Source of the DNA: Pirellulales bacterium
GTDB lineage: Bacteria > Planctomycetota > Planctomycetia > Pirellulales > UBA1268
Assembly: GCA_030577455.1 (NCBI GenBank)
Contig: JALIAA010000204.1
Span: 1-62,491, forward strand
Direction of reading: 5' to 3'
Length of the DNA stretch: 62,491 nt
In this document: in pieces, positions 46,390 to 55,112 of the stretch
Layout: each line of letters starts with the position of its first letter
How positions within the stretch are numbered: the first letter of the stretch is position 1
The notes under the pieces: generated by a model
What the model was told of the DNA's origin: nothing
The model's database searches: none
What the model saw: only the letters and a program-made list of their open reading frames with translations
Program-made: the position numbers and the translations under genes

Positions 46390-47856
46390 TCAAGAGGGTT
46401 CGGCACCCAATGGGTAGGCCCGCAAACCGTGTTCCTCGAGGTCAAGACCGGACTGCTCGACTTCAGGTGATACCCGAAGCATTCCAATACCTTTCAAGAC
46501 GCCAAACACAATAGACATTGTGATGAACGCCCAGGCACAGATAGCAACCGTACTAATCAACTGAACCGTAAAGAATGCGCCGACGGTTTCAATTCCATCT
46601 GGCAGATCACCAAAGATGCCGGTGGCCAGTCCACCCCAGACACCACAGAGACCATGAACAGGCCAGGCACCAACTGGGTCATCAATTTTCAGCTTCTCAA
46701 GAAGCAGAACACCCATGACAACCAGAACACCGCCGATAGCACCGATGATGAGTGACTCAGGCTGTGACACACGATCACAGTTTGCTGTGATCGCTACTAA
46801 GCCACCGAGCACACCATTGAGTGCCATCGTGACGTCCGGCTTTCCAAACAGACCCCATGCCGTAATGAGTGCCGCTACAGCACCTGCAGCAGCAGCCAAG
46901 GTTGTTGTCAGAGCAATATAGGTCGTTGCATTTGCGTTTGCAGCTCCGGCATACGTCAGCTGACTACCTGGATTAAACCCATACCAGCCGACCCAGAGAA
47001 TAAACACGCCGAGGGCTGCAAATGAGATATTGTGCCCCGGTATTGGTGAGCTTTTTCCATCTTTTCCAAAGCGACCGATACGCGGCCCAAGGAAGATTGC
47101 ACCAGCGAGACCGGCAAAACCTCCAACTGCGTGTACTACAACACTTCCCGCAAAATCTTGGAAGCCCATGGCATCACACCATCCGCCACCCCATTTCCAG
47201 GCACCACTAATCGGGTAAATGAGACCAGTCAAAATTGCACTGTAGACGAGATAGGCTGAAAACTTCATCCGTCCGGCAACAGCACCTGAGACAATGGTCG
47301 CTGCAGTCGCTGCGAAAGCCACCTGAAACAGAAAGTCAGCGTAGGAACTGTAATCACCATAGCCAGTGCCATCAGAGGCAACGACAAAAGGTGTGAAACC
47401 GCCCAGCCATCCATCAACAATCCATCCATCTCCGGGATACATGAGGTTAAAGCCGATAAACAGATACAGCAAAACTCCTACACAGAGATCCATCACATTT
47501 TTTGAAAGAATATTCACCGCATTCTTTGCAGAATTGAGTCCTATCTCAACCATCGCAAACCCGGCCTGCATAAAGATGACAAGGACAGCACAGATAAACA
47601 TGATCAGCGTGTTGATCGTGTAATCTGACTCTGCAATGTAGGAGGATAACGCCTCGGCAGTTGCGTCTTCTTTCGATGCTTCTGCCGGAGCAGGCTTCTC
47701 GGCAGAGTCCTCCGCCGCTGGAGTTACTTTCTCTGTACTCTCTTCTTCCTGAGCACATGCCACAGGTGCGATGGAAGTCATTACAACTCCGACCGCAAGT
47801 GTTAATGCTGCTCCGATGAGCAGACTAGAAATCAATCGATCCCCTGTAAATTTCAT
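46390..47856 (-). CDS. amt: Ammonium transporter (Amt family)
   Basis: AGFAMVEIGLNSAKNAVNILSKNVMD, VVHAVGGFAGLAGAIFLGPR and WPVHGLCGVWGGLATGIF conserved His regions. GGAGG RBS 8 nt upstream of the ATG. Confidence 0.92.
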   Translation of the reverse strand: MKFTGDRLISSLLIGAALTLAVGVVMTSIAPVACAQEEESTEKVTPAAEDSAEKPAPAEASKEDATAEALSSYIAESDYTINTLIMFICAVLVIFMQAGFAMVEIGLNSAKNAVNILSKNVMDLCVGVLLYLFIGFNLMYPGDGWIVDGWLGGFTPFVVASDGTGYGDYSSYADFLFQVAFAATAATIVSGAVAGRMKFSAYLVYSAILTGLIYPISGAWKWGGGWCDAMGFQDFAGSVVVHAVGGFAGLAGAIFLGPRIGRFGKDGKSSPIPGHNISFAALGVFILWVGWYGFNPGSQLTYAGAANANATTYIALTTTLAAAAGAVAALITAWGLFGKPDVTMALNGVLGGLVAITANCDRVSQPESLIIGAIGGVLVVMGVLLLEKLKIDDPVGAWPVHGLCGVWGGLATGIFGDLPDGIETVGAFFTVQLISTVAICAWAFITMSIVFGVLKGIGMLRVSPEVEQSGLDLEEHGLRAYPLGAEPS

Positions 47857-47924
47857 AGCAAACCTCCGCCTAAACAGATGAATTGGAAGGAAGGCAGGAC
47901 CGATGTCCTACCCTGTCGCTGTGC

Positions 47925-47941
47925 TGCACCGTTGTGGTGCA
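47925..47941. promoter_or_regulatory. Perfect 6-5-6 palindrome TGCACC-GTTGT-GGTGCA (NtrC-box-like) in the amt leader
   Basis: Read directly from the sequence. It sits between the sigma-54 element and the amt start, so it could be a protein operator or a 5'-UTR hairpin. Confidence 0.5.
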
Positions 47942-47965
47942 TACCACGCAACGAGAATCCCTCTT

Positions 47966-47981
47966 TGCAAAGGCTGTGCCA
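47966..47981 (-). promoter_or_regulatory. Sigma-54 (-24/-12) promoter for amt
   Basis: The minus strand reads TGGCACAGCCTTTGCA, an exact match to TGGCAC-N5-TTGCA. It lies about 110 nt upstream of the amt ATG. Confidence 0.75.
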
Positions 47982-48116
47982 AAACGAGGCGAAGACCGCA
48001 GGACTATGAAAACTGCCTGAAAAAACTGCTTTCCAGACAGTCGCACCTCAGTGGCGGGTCACTCTGACCATTTTTTTCGCCTGCTTGCAAGGCAGCGATG
48101 CTGGCAATGCAGGCAA

Positions 48117-48132
48117 TGCAGGTGCTCCTGCA
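48117..48132. promoter_or_regulatory. Palindrome TGCAGG-TGCT-CCTGCA: either an enhancer-binding-protein site for amt or the pabA terminator stem
   Basis: Perfect 6-4-6 dyad 24 nt downstream of the pabA stop and about 140 nt upstream of the sigma-54 element. It is preceded by a ggcaatgca x2 direct repeat. Confidence 0.35.
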
Positions 48133-48155
48133 AAAATCACTGGTTGACAACGTGC

Positions 48156-48833
48156 TTAGAAGGTAACAATTCGTGCCTCGTTGCCATCCACAGCTGCTGT
48201 GACACATCCGGCCTGCTCGCAAACCGATTTATCAAGTTTGTCGAGAAGACTATTCTCAACACCTATTCCGGCTGTTGAGAGAAAATTAGCAAGAAGACGA
48301 AAGCCTCCTTGAGTGAGTATTGACTCGGGATGAAACTGCACGCCATAGAGATGTTCGTGTCGGTTCTCAATAGCCATGATCACACCATCCTGCGTCCGTG
48401 CCGTCACCTGCAGTGTCTCTGGCAGTGATTGTTCTTCCGCAATAAGAGAATGGTATCGACACGCAGACATTGGATTTGGAATTCCTGAGAATAGGTCGGT
48501 GCATTCATGCATAACACTGCTCATCCGACCATGTCGTGGCTCGTTGCTCTTGAGAACAACTCCACCAAGGGCTTCAACAATCACCTGATGGCCCAGGCAG
48601 ACACCCAATATAGGAGTGGATCCCCGAAACTTTTGCACACATGCTATCGAAACACCTGCTTCTTTTGGCGTGCACGGACCGGGTGATATGACAAGTGCTT
48701 GTGGCTTTGCTGATTGTATTTCCTCAAGGTCGGTTTCATGGCTCGGGAGGACTTTGACCTGTGCCCCAAGAAGCACGAAATATCGTGCCAGATTAAAAAC
48801 AAAACTGTCTCGATTATCGAGAACAACTATCAT
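48156..48833 (-). CDS. pabA: Glutamine amidotransferase component of aminodeoxychorismate/anthranilate synthase
   Basis: MIVVLDNRDSFVFNLARYF, GVCLGHQ (catalytic Cys) and QFHPESILT. A 4-nt ATGA overlap with the upstream component I gene. Confidence 0.8.
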   Translation of the reverse strand: MIVVLDNRDSFVFNLARYFVLLGAQVKVLPSHETDLEEIQSAKPQALVISPGPCTPKEAGVSIACVQKFRGSTPILGVCLGHQVIVEALGGVVLKSNEPRHGRMSSVMHECTDLFSGIPNPMSACRYHSLIAEEQSLPETLQVTARTQDGVIMAIENRHEHLYGVQFHPESILTQGGFRLLANFLSTAGIGVENSLLDKLDKSVCEQAGCVTAAVDGNEARIVTF

Positions 48834-50356
48834 GTTGAGCCCCCCGCAACAGTGGACTCGAACACCGACAGCATCCCCTCTGCTTTATGAAGACTCTCTG
48901 CATATTCCATTGCTGGATCACTCCCAACGGTCACGCCACCACCCGCTGAAAAGGTAATGTTGTTTTCATGAACTACAAATGTGCGGATAAGGATATTCAA
49001 GTCCGCATTGCCATCGAAGCCAACATAGCCGAGTGTTCCACAATACGGGCCTCTCCCGTTCGCCTCTAACTGACAGATGATCTCACACGCCCGGTACTTT
49101 GGAGCACCGGTTATGCTCCCGCCTGGAAATGCCGCAAGCACTGCATCAAGAGCACTTGCTCCGGCAACAAGTCGCCCTGAAACAATGGACACGAGGTGCT
49201 GGACATAGCGAAATCGTTCAAGGCGACAGAGCGCCTCTACGATAACACTGCTCGGCTCGCACACACGTGAAAGATCGTTCCGCACCAGATCCACGATCAT
49301 GACATTTTCTGCCCGATCTTTTTCACTCGAGTGTAAATCAGCACTCGCGTACAGATCTGCTTCTGGTCGAGAAAGCACGCGACGGGTGCCTTTGATGGGA
49401 TGCATCGAGACAGAACCACGCGTCACCTTCAGAAATCGTTCGGGAGACATGCTCACAATGGCAGCATCTCCGAAATCGAGGTAACCGGCAAAGGGTGCTG
49501 GATTACATACACGAGCCTTCTTGTAAAGCTCAAGTGGATGACACGATCCAGCGACAGAAAACTGTTGTGCAAGATTAACTTGAAAAATATCACCGGCACG
49601 AACCAGATCGATACCTGACTGCACCATGTTTGCGTATGCTGAAGGAGAGTGTGTTGAAAAAACACTATTGCTGCCAGGAAGTTGATATGAATGAGGCGAA
49701 GTAGTCCGACTCGCAGGCACAAACAATGTCTCAGAGGACGGGCTTTGGCTTCCTTCGAACGCACACACATGCTTTTCAAAACGCTCCCTGCTGCGGGTTC
49801 GTCGTTCTGCTGGTGTATTTTCTGGCACACCCTGGGAAATAGCCCAGACCTTTCTCTGTTTGTGATCAAAGGCAAACACCACATCGTAGATACCAAACTG
49901 CATGAGAGGGGTCTCTGAGTGATGTCCTTCTGTCTGCTCAACACCCAAGAGTGCCAGGCCGGCGTCGAAAGACAACATTCCTGCTAACCCACCCTGAAAA
50001 GGAGGCAGACCCGGAATTGTCTGGCATGAAAGGTCAGCGAGACGACTTTTCATGTGTTGTAGGACTTCTTGTATTGATTCAGCATCATCTGGCTCAGCAC
50101 AAGAAGGCACCACGAAACTTTCAATCGGATCTGCCGCCACGAAAGAAAATCGATCAAGGGACTGCTCACCATCAGCCTGTTCAGGGGCCACGCCATAGGC
50201 AAGACTACCGGATGCTGCCGAACTACTATCGAAACACACCAACCCACCAAGTGAAGCAAGGCCTTCCATCAAACTCACAAGTTCAGTCTCTGGCGACAAT
50301 TCTGCAACCAGGGCTCCCGAGGCGGTGTACCAGTGATAGATGTCTTCCAATTTCAT
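48830..50356 (-). CDS. pabB: Aminodeoxychorismate synthase component I (chorismate-binding enzyme)
   Basis: FPGGSITGAPKYRACEIICQLE and GPYCGTLGYVGFDGNADLNILIRT. I prefer PabB over TrpE because of the adjacent pterin-binding (DHPS-like) gene. Confidence 0.75.
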   Translation of the reverse strand: MKLEDIYHWYTASGALVAELSPETELVSLMEGLASLGGLVCFDSSSAASGSLAYGVAPEQADGEQSLDRFSFVAADPIESFVVPSCAEPDDAESIQEVLQHMKSRLADLSCQTIPGLPPFQGGLAGMLSFDAGLALLGVEQTEGHHSETPLMQFGIYDVVFAFDHKQRKVWAISQGVPENTPAERRTRSRERFEKHVCAFEGSQSPSSETLFVPASRTTSPHSYQLPGSNSVFSTHSPSAYANMVQSGIDLVRAGDIFQVNLAQQFSVAGSCHPLELYKKARVCNPAPFAGYLDFGDAAIVSMSPERFLKVTRGSVSMHPIKGTRRVLSRPEADLYASADLHSSEKDRAENVMIVDLVRNDLSRVCEPSSVIVEALCRLERFRYVQHLVSIVSGRLVAGASALDAVLAAFPGGSITGAPKYRACEIICQLEANGRGPYCGTLGYVGFDGNADLNILIRTFVVHENNITFSAGGGVTVGSDPAMEYAESLHKAEGMLSVFESTVAGGST

Positions 50357-50373
50357 ACGATACCCAAGATTTA

Positions 50374-51816
50374 TTATTCCAAAGTCTTATGGGATTTCTT
50401 ATCAGGACCAGCCACACGCGCAGCCGCCTCAGACGGGCCACATCCAATTTCCAATTCTGTCAGGTATCCCCAATCGAGGGCCTGATCCTGACGGTAGTCT
50501 TTTCCAAGCGTAAGCGCTGTAACTGCTTTTGCCATTTCGTACCCAAGGTAAAAGGCATGATTTGGATCAATATCTGTTCGACCATGGTCTGCCAGTTGAT
50601 AAAAAAGTTGAAACGGATCCCGTGAAGCCAGGTGAAGATTCTTCCCAACAAGATGAACCTCACCACGTTCAGCAAATATTCGGAAATTCGGGTCACGAAT
50701 TGCCAGAGCCAACTGTTCAAGCGCGTCGTCACCGTGAAGCTGCTGTTTCCCCGACCGAAGCGTAACCAGCCGTGGCTCGACATGCTTTGGCAGCGTTTTG
50801 TTTGTGACTGCATGATAGACAAGCGCGCGAGCGAGATCACACTCTTTGACACTGGTTTTCGACCAATGGATCACTTCGGTCGTAAGCACAGAACGGATTC
50901 CCGTCTCCTGACAAAAGCCAAGAAGCAGTGTGTTGACGCCAGCTGAATCGACATCTGTCAACTCCGTCAGATTACCAATACCCATCATCATTTCAGACTT
51001 CGGGTATCGTTCCCGCACATCAAGATACCGACCAAGGCTCGCAGCAAACCCAAAACCAATTGGCTCAAGGACAGGATCGAGCCTGCACGGAACACCCAAT
51101 ACTTTGAGCCGCGCGATTGTTTCATCAAACCCCTTGAGCGTTGATGGCTCATCAGGCACGACAACAACTTCACAGCCCCAGTCGCCCGCGGCGTCTACGT
51201 TCCTTGAATTGACTGACAGCACAAGCGATGCACCGGCCTGCGTAGCTGACAGAACTTCGCCCGGTTCAAAACTATCGACGGAGACGCGAAACCCTTCATC
51301 AACCAGCATGGCAATGGCATTACCAATATCTGCCCATGACTCACCTGGAGTACAGCCAACATCAATCACATCGGCTCCGGCTAATCGCAATCGAGTCGAC
51401 TCTGCAAAAAGCTCTTTGTGCGAAAATCGATTCGCATGGTTGATCTCCGCGATCAACTCAATATTGTGCTCTCCATAATCATCCAAATCCTGTCGTTTCT
51501 GACCAAACCACTCGTCGAGACGGCGACAGTCTTCCGGACCTCGTTCAACGGGCACACCTGCTTTTTGCTCGAGCGGTGTCATCTCACCCTTGCACAGTCC
51601 AGGGATAACCACACGATCGGTACCGTCAGGCACCTCAAGCCGCCGTGCAATCCAGTCCGTTGTCATTAATGCTGCAACAGTGATATTCAGCACCTGAACT
51701 GTTGGCTGAAATCCGATCTGGCCAGCCAGCCGCTCGAGCATGTTTCGAAGCGCATGCTCCGACAACTTTCCTGTGACGAAATGAATCCGTTCTCCGGTAA
51801 GCGAGGCATCTATCAT
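50374..51816 (-). CDS. Dihydropteroate-synthase-like protein with N-terminal extra domain (archaeal MJ0301/MptH type)
   Basis: Pterin-binding barrel motifs GADVIDVGCTPGESW and FRVSVDSFEPGEVLSATQAGASLVLSVN. The 130-aa N-terminal domain (IHFVTGKLSEHALRNML...VVIPGLCKG) is typical of the long DHPS-like proteins of methanopterin producers. Assignment is from memory. Confidence 0.75.
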   Translation of the reverse strand: MIDASLTGERIHFVTGKLSEHALRNMLERLAGQIGFQPTVQVLNITVAALMTTDWIARRLEVPDGTDRVVIPGLCKGEMTPLEQKAGVPVERGPEDCRRLDEWFGQKRQDLDDYGEHNIELIAEINHANRFSHKELFAESTRLRLAGADVIDVGCTPGESWADIGNAIAMLVDEGFRVSVDSFEPGEVLSATQAGASLVLSVNSRNVDAAGDWGCEVVVVPDEPSTLKGFDETIARLKVLGVPCRLDPVLEPIGFGFAASLGRYLDVRERYPKSEMMMGIGNLTELTDVDSAGVNTLLLGFCQETGIRSVLTTEVIHWSKTSVKECDLARALVYHAVTNKTLPKHVEPRLVTLRSGKQQLHGDDALEQLALAIRDPNFRIFAERGEVHLVGKNLHLASRDPFQLFYQLADHGRTDIDPNHAFYLGYEMAKAVTALTLGKDYRQDQALDWGYLTELEIGCGPSEAAARVAGPDKKSHKTLE

Positions 51817-51842
51817 GAAACCAGTGTAAACTCAAAAAGGTT

Positions 51843-52493
51843 TTGAGTTCGACATCTCAAAAACAGGCGGTTTCTCTTCTTCCCCACGACTCCCAAAAAG
51901 GTTCGGTTCCTGTGATTCTCGAAGGCCTTCTTACAACGAGAACAGCGGATGGAGACATACATATCGCTGCGATGGGCCCTGAAGTGGCTGACTCTCGATC
52001 CATGACTCACCTCATCCTCAAGCCTTTCCAAGGCAGCAGGACTGCGAGCCTGCTTGCGTCTCAGCCAGAGGGCGTCTTTCATCTCACTGATAATGCTTTG
52101 CTCTTTGCTCAGGCCGTGACCGGCGTGCCATATCCACAGCCTCACACTCGTCCGGCTGATACGGTCAGTGGCTGGATTCTTGAAGATGCCTGTGAGGCGT
52201 TTGAGTTCCGCATTGAACAAGCAGACACAACCGCACAGCGCTGTCGACTGCATGCACGCATACAAAAGTCACATCTCATTCGCCCGTTCCGAGGCTTTAA
52301 CAGGGCAGCGCATGCCGTGATTGAAGCCGCCATTCTTTTCAGCAGACTTCATCTACTCGATGCTGAGGAAGTTCAACACCAGCTTGAATCCCTTCAATCC
52401 CTTGTTGCAAAAACGGCTGGTGAACACGAGCGGCAAGCTTTTGATCTCATTTTTGATCAGACTGCGAAGCGATCCTTCAAGCCAACAACTTAG
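51843..52493 (+). CDS. DUF447-like (split-barrel flavin-binding fold) protein
   Basis: ILEGLLTTRTADGDIHIAAMGP resembles the DUF447 N-terminal motif. Divergent from the DHPS-like gene. An in-frame GTG at 51912 is an alternative start. Confidence 0.55.
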   Translation: MSSTSQKQAVSLLPHDSQKGSVPVILEGLLTTRTADGDIHIAAMGPEVADSRSMTHLILKPFQGSRTASLLASQPEGVFHLTDNALLFAQAVTGVPYPQPHTRPADTVSGWILEDACEAFEFRIEQADTTAQRCRLHARIQKSHLIRPFRGFNRAAHAVIEAAILFSRLHLLDAEEVQHQLESLQSLVAKTAGEHERQAFDLIFDQTAKRSFKPTT

Positions 52494-53593
52494 GGTTGAC
52501 CGTGAACACCATCCGCATGCGGCCCATCATGCTGGCTTTCATAGTGCCGCCGAAGAGCATCGAGCCCAAAGTTGTTTTCCAATGAATGCCATACTATATG
52601 AGCGTGATTGGCATCGTTCTGGGTGTTGTCATATTCGATAATAAATGAAGGGCCTTGGATTCGATAGTAATGACCTTGACCTTGCTCAAAACTTCCGGCC
52701 CATGCAAACGACAACTCTTTCCACTCGTTCTCCGAGACTTCTGCGAGCACGTCATCAGCTAATTCACCTCGAAGCGTTCGTACAATCTGCTCCACTAGCT
52801 GTCGAAACAACGACTGCTGAACCGGACTCATCTCTTTTCCGAACACGCCTTGCGGCACTCCCAGATCCAGCGATGCATCCGGAACCGTCAACACCTCATC
52901 CGGTGCCTCCGACGAAATTACTGATTTCTTTGCATGATTGTCCTGCAGAGAAACAATCAGGTTCCGTGCCATATCCTCTTCAGCGGCAAGCACTCGCTGG
53001 CCAGCCCGGGGACCGGTTCGAATTTCCGCTGGACTTGCCCCAAGAAAGAGCGGTGTTGCTGCAGCAATGGCACCAGACACTGAACTGAAATTAATTGACA
53101 CATGATGTCCTTCCAATCGCCAGCCCCACGGCTCAGTTTCCGACGGAGTACCAAACACCGAGAACCAGTACTTCTCAGGATCGCGCCGTTGTTCATTACC
53201 AGGGCGATCTTTCTCGAGTTCGCGCAAGACGCTTTCCAGACTCATGATCGTTGTTGCCTTAAGATACCCCTGCTGGCTGAGCCCTGTTTGCAACAGTGCG
53301 TAAGCTGCTCGCCGCTGCTGAAGATTCATTGCTTTCAGTGGCAGCCCGAGGCGTTCACGAGGTACGAAGTGCCAATTCAATCGCTCGTCACTCTGAAATG
53401 GAAAGCACGCTGACCTGTGCTGCTGTTGCGTCAGTAGGCTCAGCCATGCCTCAACCCGGGCAACCATCTCAGCATTTACAGCACTCCGGTTCGTTTCGCG
53501 TGATGCATCATGAGCAGAAGCTATAACCGCACACAGGATCAAAGCAAACAGACCGGCTTGTACCACACAACGCATGTCAAAAACTTTCTTCAT
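52490..53593 (-). CDS. DUF3500 domain protein, secreted
   Basis: Signal peptide MKKVFDMRCVVQAGLFALILCAVIASA. GWRLEGHHVSINFS and NDANHAHIVWH are typical of DUF3500. The start is chosen among several candidates. Confidence 0.65.
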   Translation of the reverse strand: MKKVFDMRCVVQAGLFALILCAVIASAHDASRETNRSAVNAEMVARVEAWLSLLTQQQHRSACFPFQSDERLNWHFVPRERLGLPLKAMNLQQRRAAYALLQTGLSQQGYLKATTIMSLESVLRELEKDRPGNEQRRDPEKYWFSVFGTPSETEPWGWRLEGHHVSINFSSVSGAIAAATPLFLGASPAEIRTGPRAGQRVLAAEEDMARNLIVSLQDNHAKKSVISSEAPDEVLTVPDASLDLGVPQGVFGKEMSPVQQSLFRQLVEQIVRTLRGELADDVLAEVSENEWKELSFAWAGSFEQGQGHYYRIQGPSFIIEYDNTQNDANHAHIVWHSLENNFGLDALRRHYESQHDGPHADGVHGQP

Positions 53594-53702
53594 TCGCCTA
53601 AGTGTCTTCATAAGAGAAACCAAAACTCTTTGGGCTGACAAAAACTATTCTCTTAGCATCGAGTGTATCTTCTCCATGCGCCCGGGTCATACCGGATTCA
53701 TA

Positions 53703-54866
53703 TCAGCTCACTCGAAAGTTTGTCAGAACTGTATCTGTCAGCTTTCCATTAATCCCTGGAACTTCGGGGAGGGTGTAATGGCCGTCAACAACACGGATCG
53801 GATTCTCCCAGATCTCAAAGAGTGATTCATAACAACATTCGATCATCGGTGTATTCGTTGTTGCCGCAGCAAGCTGAGCATGGACATTCTGCTGTACATT
53901 TGTGTGAGGAATCACCGGCATACCATGTTTCTGACCAATCGCGGCAACTTCTAGCCATTCTTCGATTCCAGACAGTTTTGTCACATCAGCCTGCAAAACA
54001 GCGGCTGCCTGCTGGTCAATGTATTCACGAAAGCCGTAAGCCGTATAGACCGTTTCACCAACTGCGATGGGTGTTCGTATCGCTCGAGCAAGTGCAGCGT
54101 GCGATCGTATATCAAAAGGGTGCAGAGGCTCTTCGAGCCATTCGACATTCAACTCCTCAAGGCGGCCACCCCATTGTATTGCAGTCTCCAAATCCCAGAC
54201 TGTATTCACATCAACCATCAATTGAATCTCGTCCCCTATCGCCTGCCGTACTGCACGCACCCGTTGGAAATCTTCTTTCGGATCTGAACGCCCAAGTTTC
54301 ATTTTGACTGCATCAAACCCTCGATCGATAATGCGGTGCATGTCATCGATCACCTCGTTGGTTGTCCATGTCAACCAGCCACCATCGGTGTTGTACGCCT
54401 TCACACGATCTTTAACCGGACCAAGATGCCGCCACAGTGGCACTTCCTCTACTTTCAACTGAATGTCCCATAACGCTAGATTCATCGCACAGAGGCCGAC
54501 CTGAGCAACGCCAACACGTCCAATGAAATGTGTTGTTGCATGCATGGCCTGCCATGCAGCGTGCCGATCAAAAGCTGACATACCGAGCACCGCGGGAGCA
54601 AAACAGTCGTCGATCATCACCTGCACAGATCGCAGTCCGCGAGTGTAATTCCAATTGAAGCCATATCCTGTAATCCCTGTATCGGTCTCTATGGACACTT
54701 GCAGAAATTCAACTGACTGTACGCTGGACTGGCTATCTGTAATTGTTCTTTGGCCAAGTGGAACATCGACCAAAGCGGTATGAACGCCTGTGATGACTGG
54801 ACTTGTGCCTGCCGACTTTTTTGCTTTTTGCTCTGACACGCTTTCGCCTCGAACTTCTGCCACCAC
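53703..54866 (-). CDS. Enolase-superfamily enzyme (mandelate racemase/muconate lactonizing, sugar-acid dehydratase type)
   Basis: KMKLGR, MVDVNTVWD, WLEEPL and LQADVTKLSGI are the metal-ligand and catalytic blocks of the MR/MLE family. GTG start; the 5' end is uncertain. Confidence 0.8.
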   Translation of the reverse strand: MVAEVRGESVSEQKAKKSAGTSPVITGVHTALVDVPLGQRTITDSQSSVQSVEFLQVSIETDTGITGYGFNWNYTRGLRSVQVMIDDCFAPAVLGMSAFDRHAAWQAMHATTHFIGRVGVAQVGLCAMNLALWDIQLKVEEVPLWRHLGPVKDRVKAYNTDGGWLTWTTNEVIDDMHRIIDRGFDAVKMKLGRSDPKEDFQRVRAVRQAIGDEIQLMVDVNTVWDLETAIQWGGRLEELNVEWLEEPLHPFDIRSHAALARAIRTPIAVGETVYTAYGFREYIDQQAAAVLQADVTKLSGIEEWLEVAAIGQKHGMPVIPHTNVQQNVHAQLAAATTNTPMIECCYESLFEIWENPIRVVDGHYTLPEVPGINGKLTDTVLTNFRVS

Positions 54867-55112
54867 ACCACTTCTCTTCTTGAACCGTTCTGTCCGTGCA
54901 CTCTACTGCAGGAATTTTCTTGAGAACAAACAGTTATTACAAGAAGAGACGATATCTCAGATTCAGGAATGATCCGCTCCAGAGGCTCGCATTGCGTACC
55001 AGACCTTCCCGGTAGCTGCCGAGAACTTCCAGCTTTTCGCATTTCAGAACAACGCGACAGTTCCATCCCCGATATACAGCACCCGAAACACTTTCAGAAA
55101 ACGCACAGCTGG

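Noticed and set aside
48101-48120. Direct repeat ggcaatgca x2, considered as a mini-array or repeat element.
   Set aside because: There are only two 9-nt copies and it is not CRISPR-like. It is folded into the amt/pabA intergenic regulatory discussion instead.
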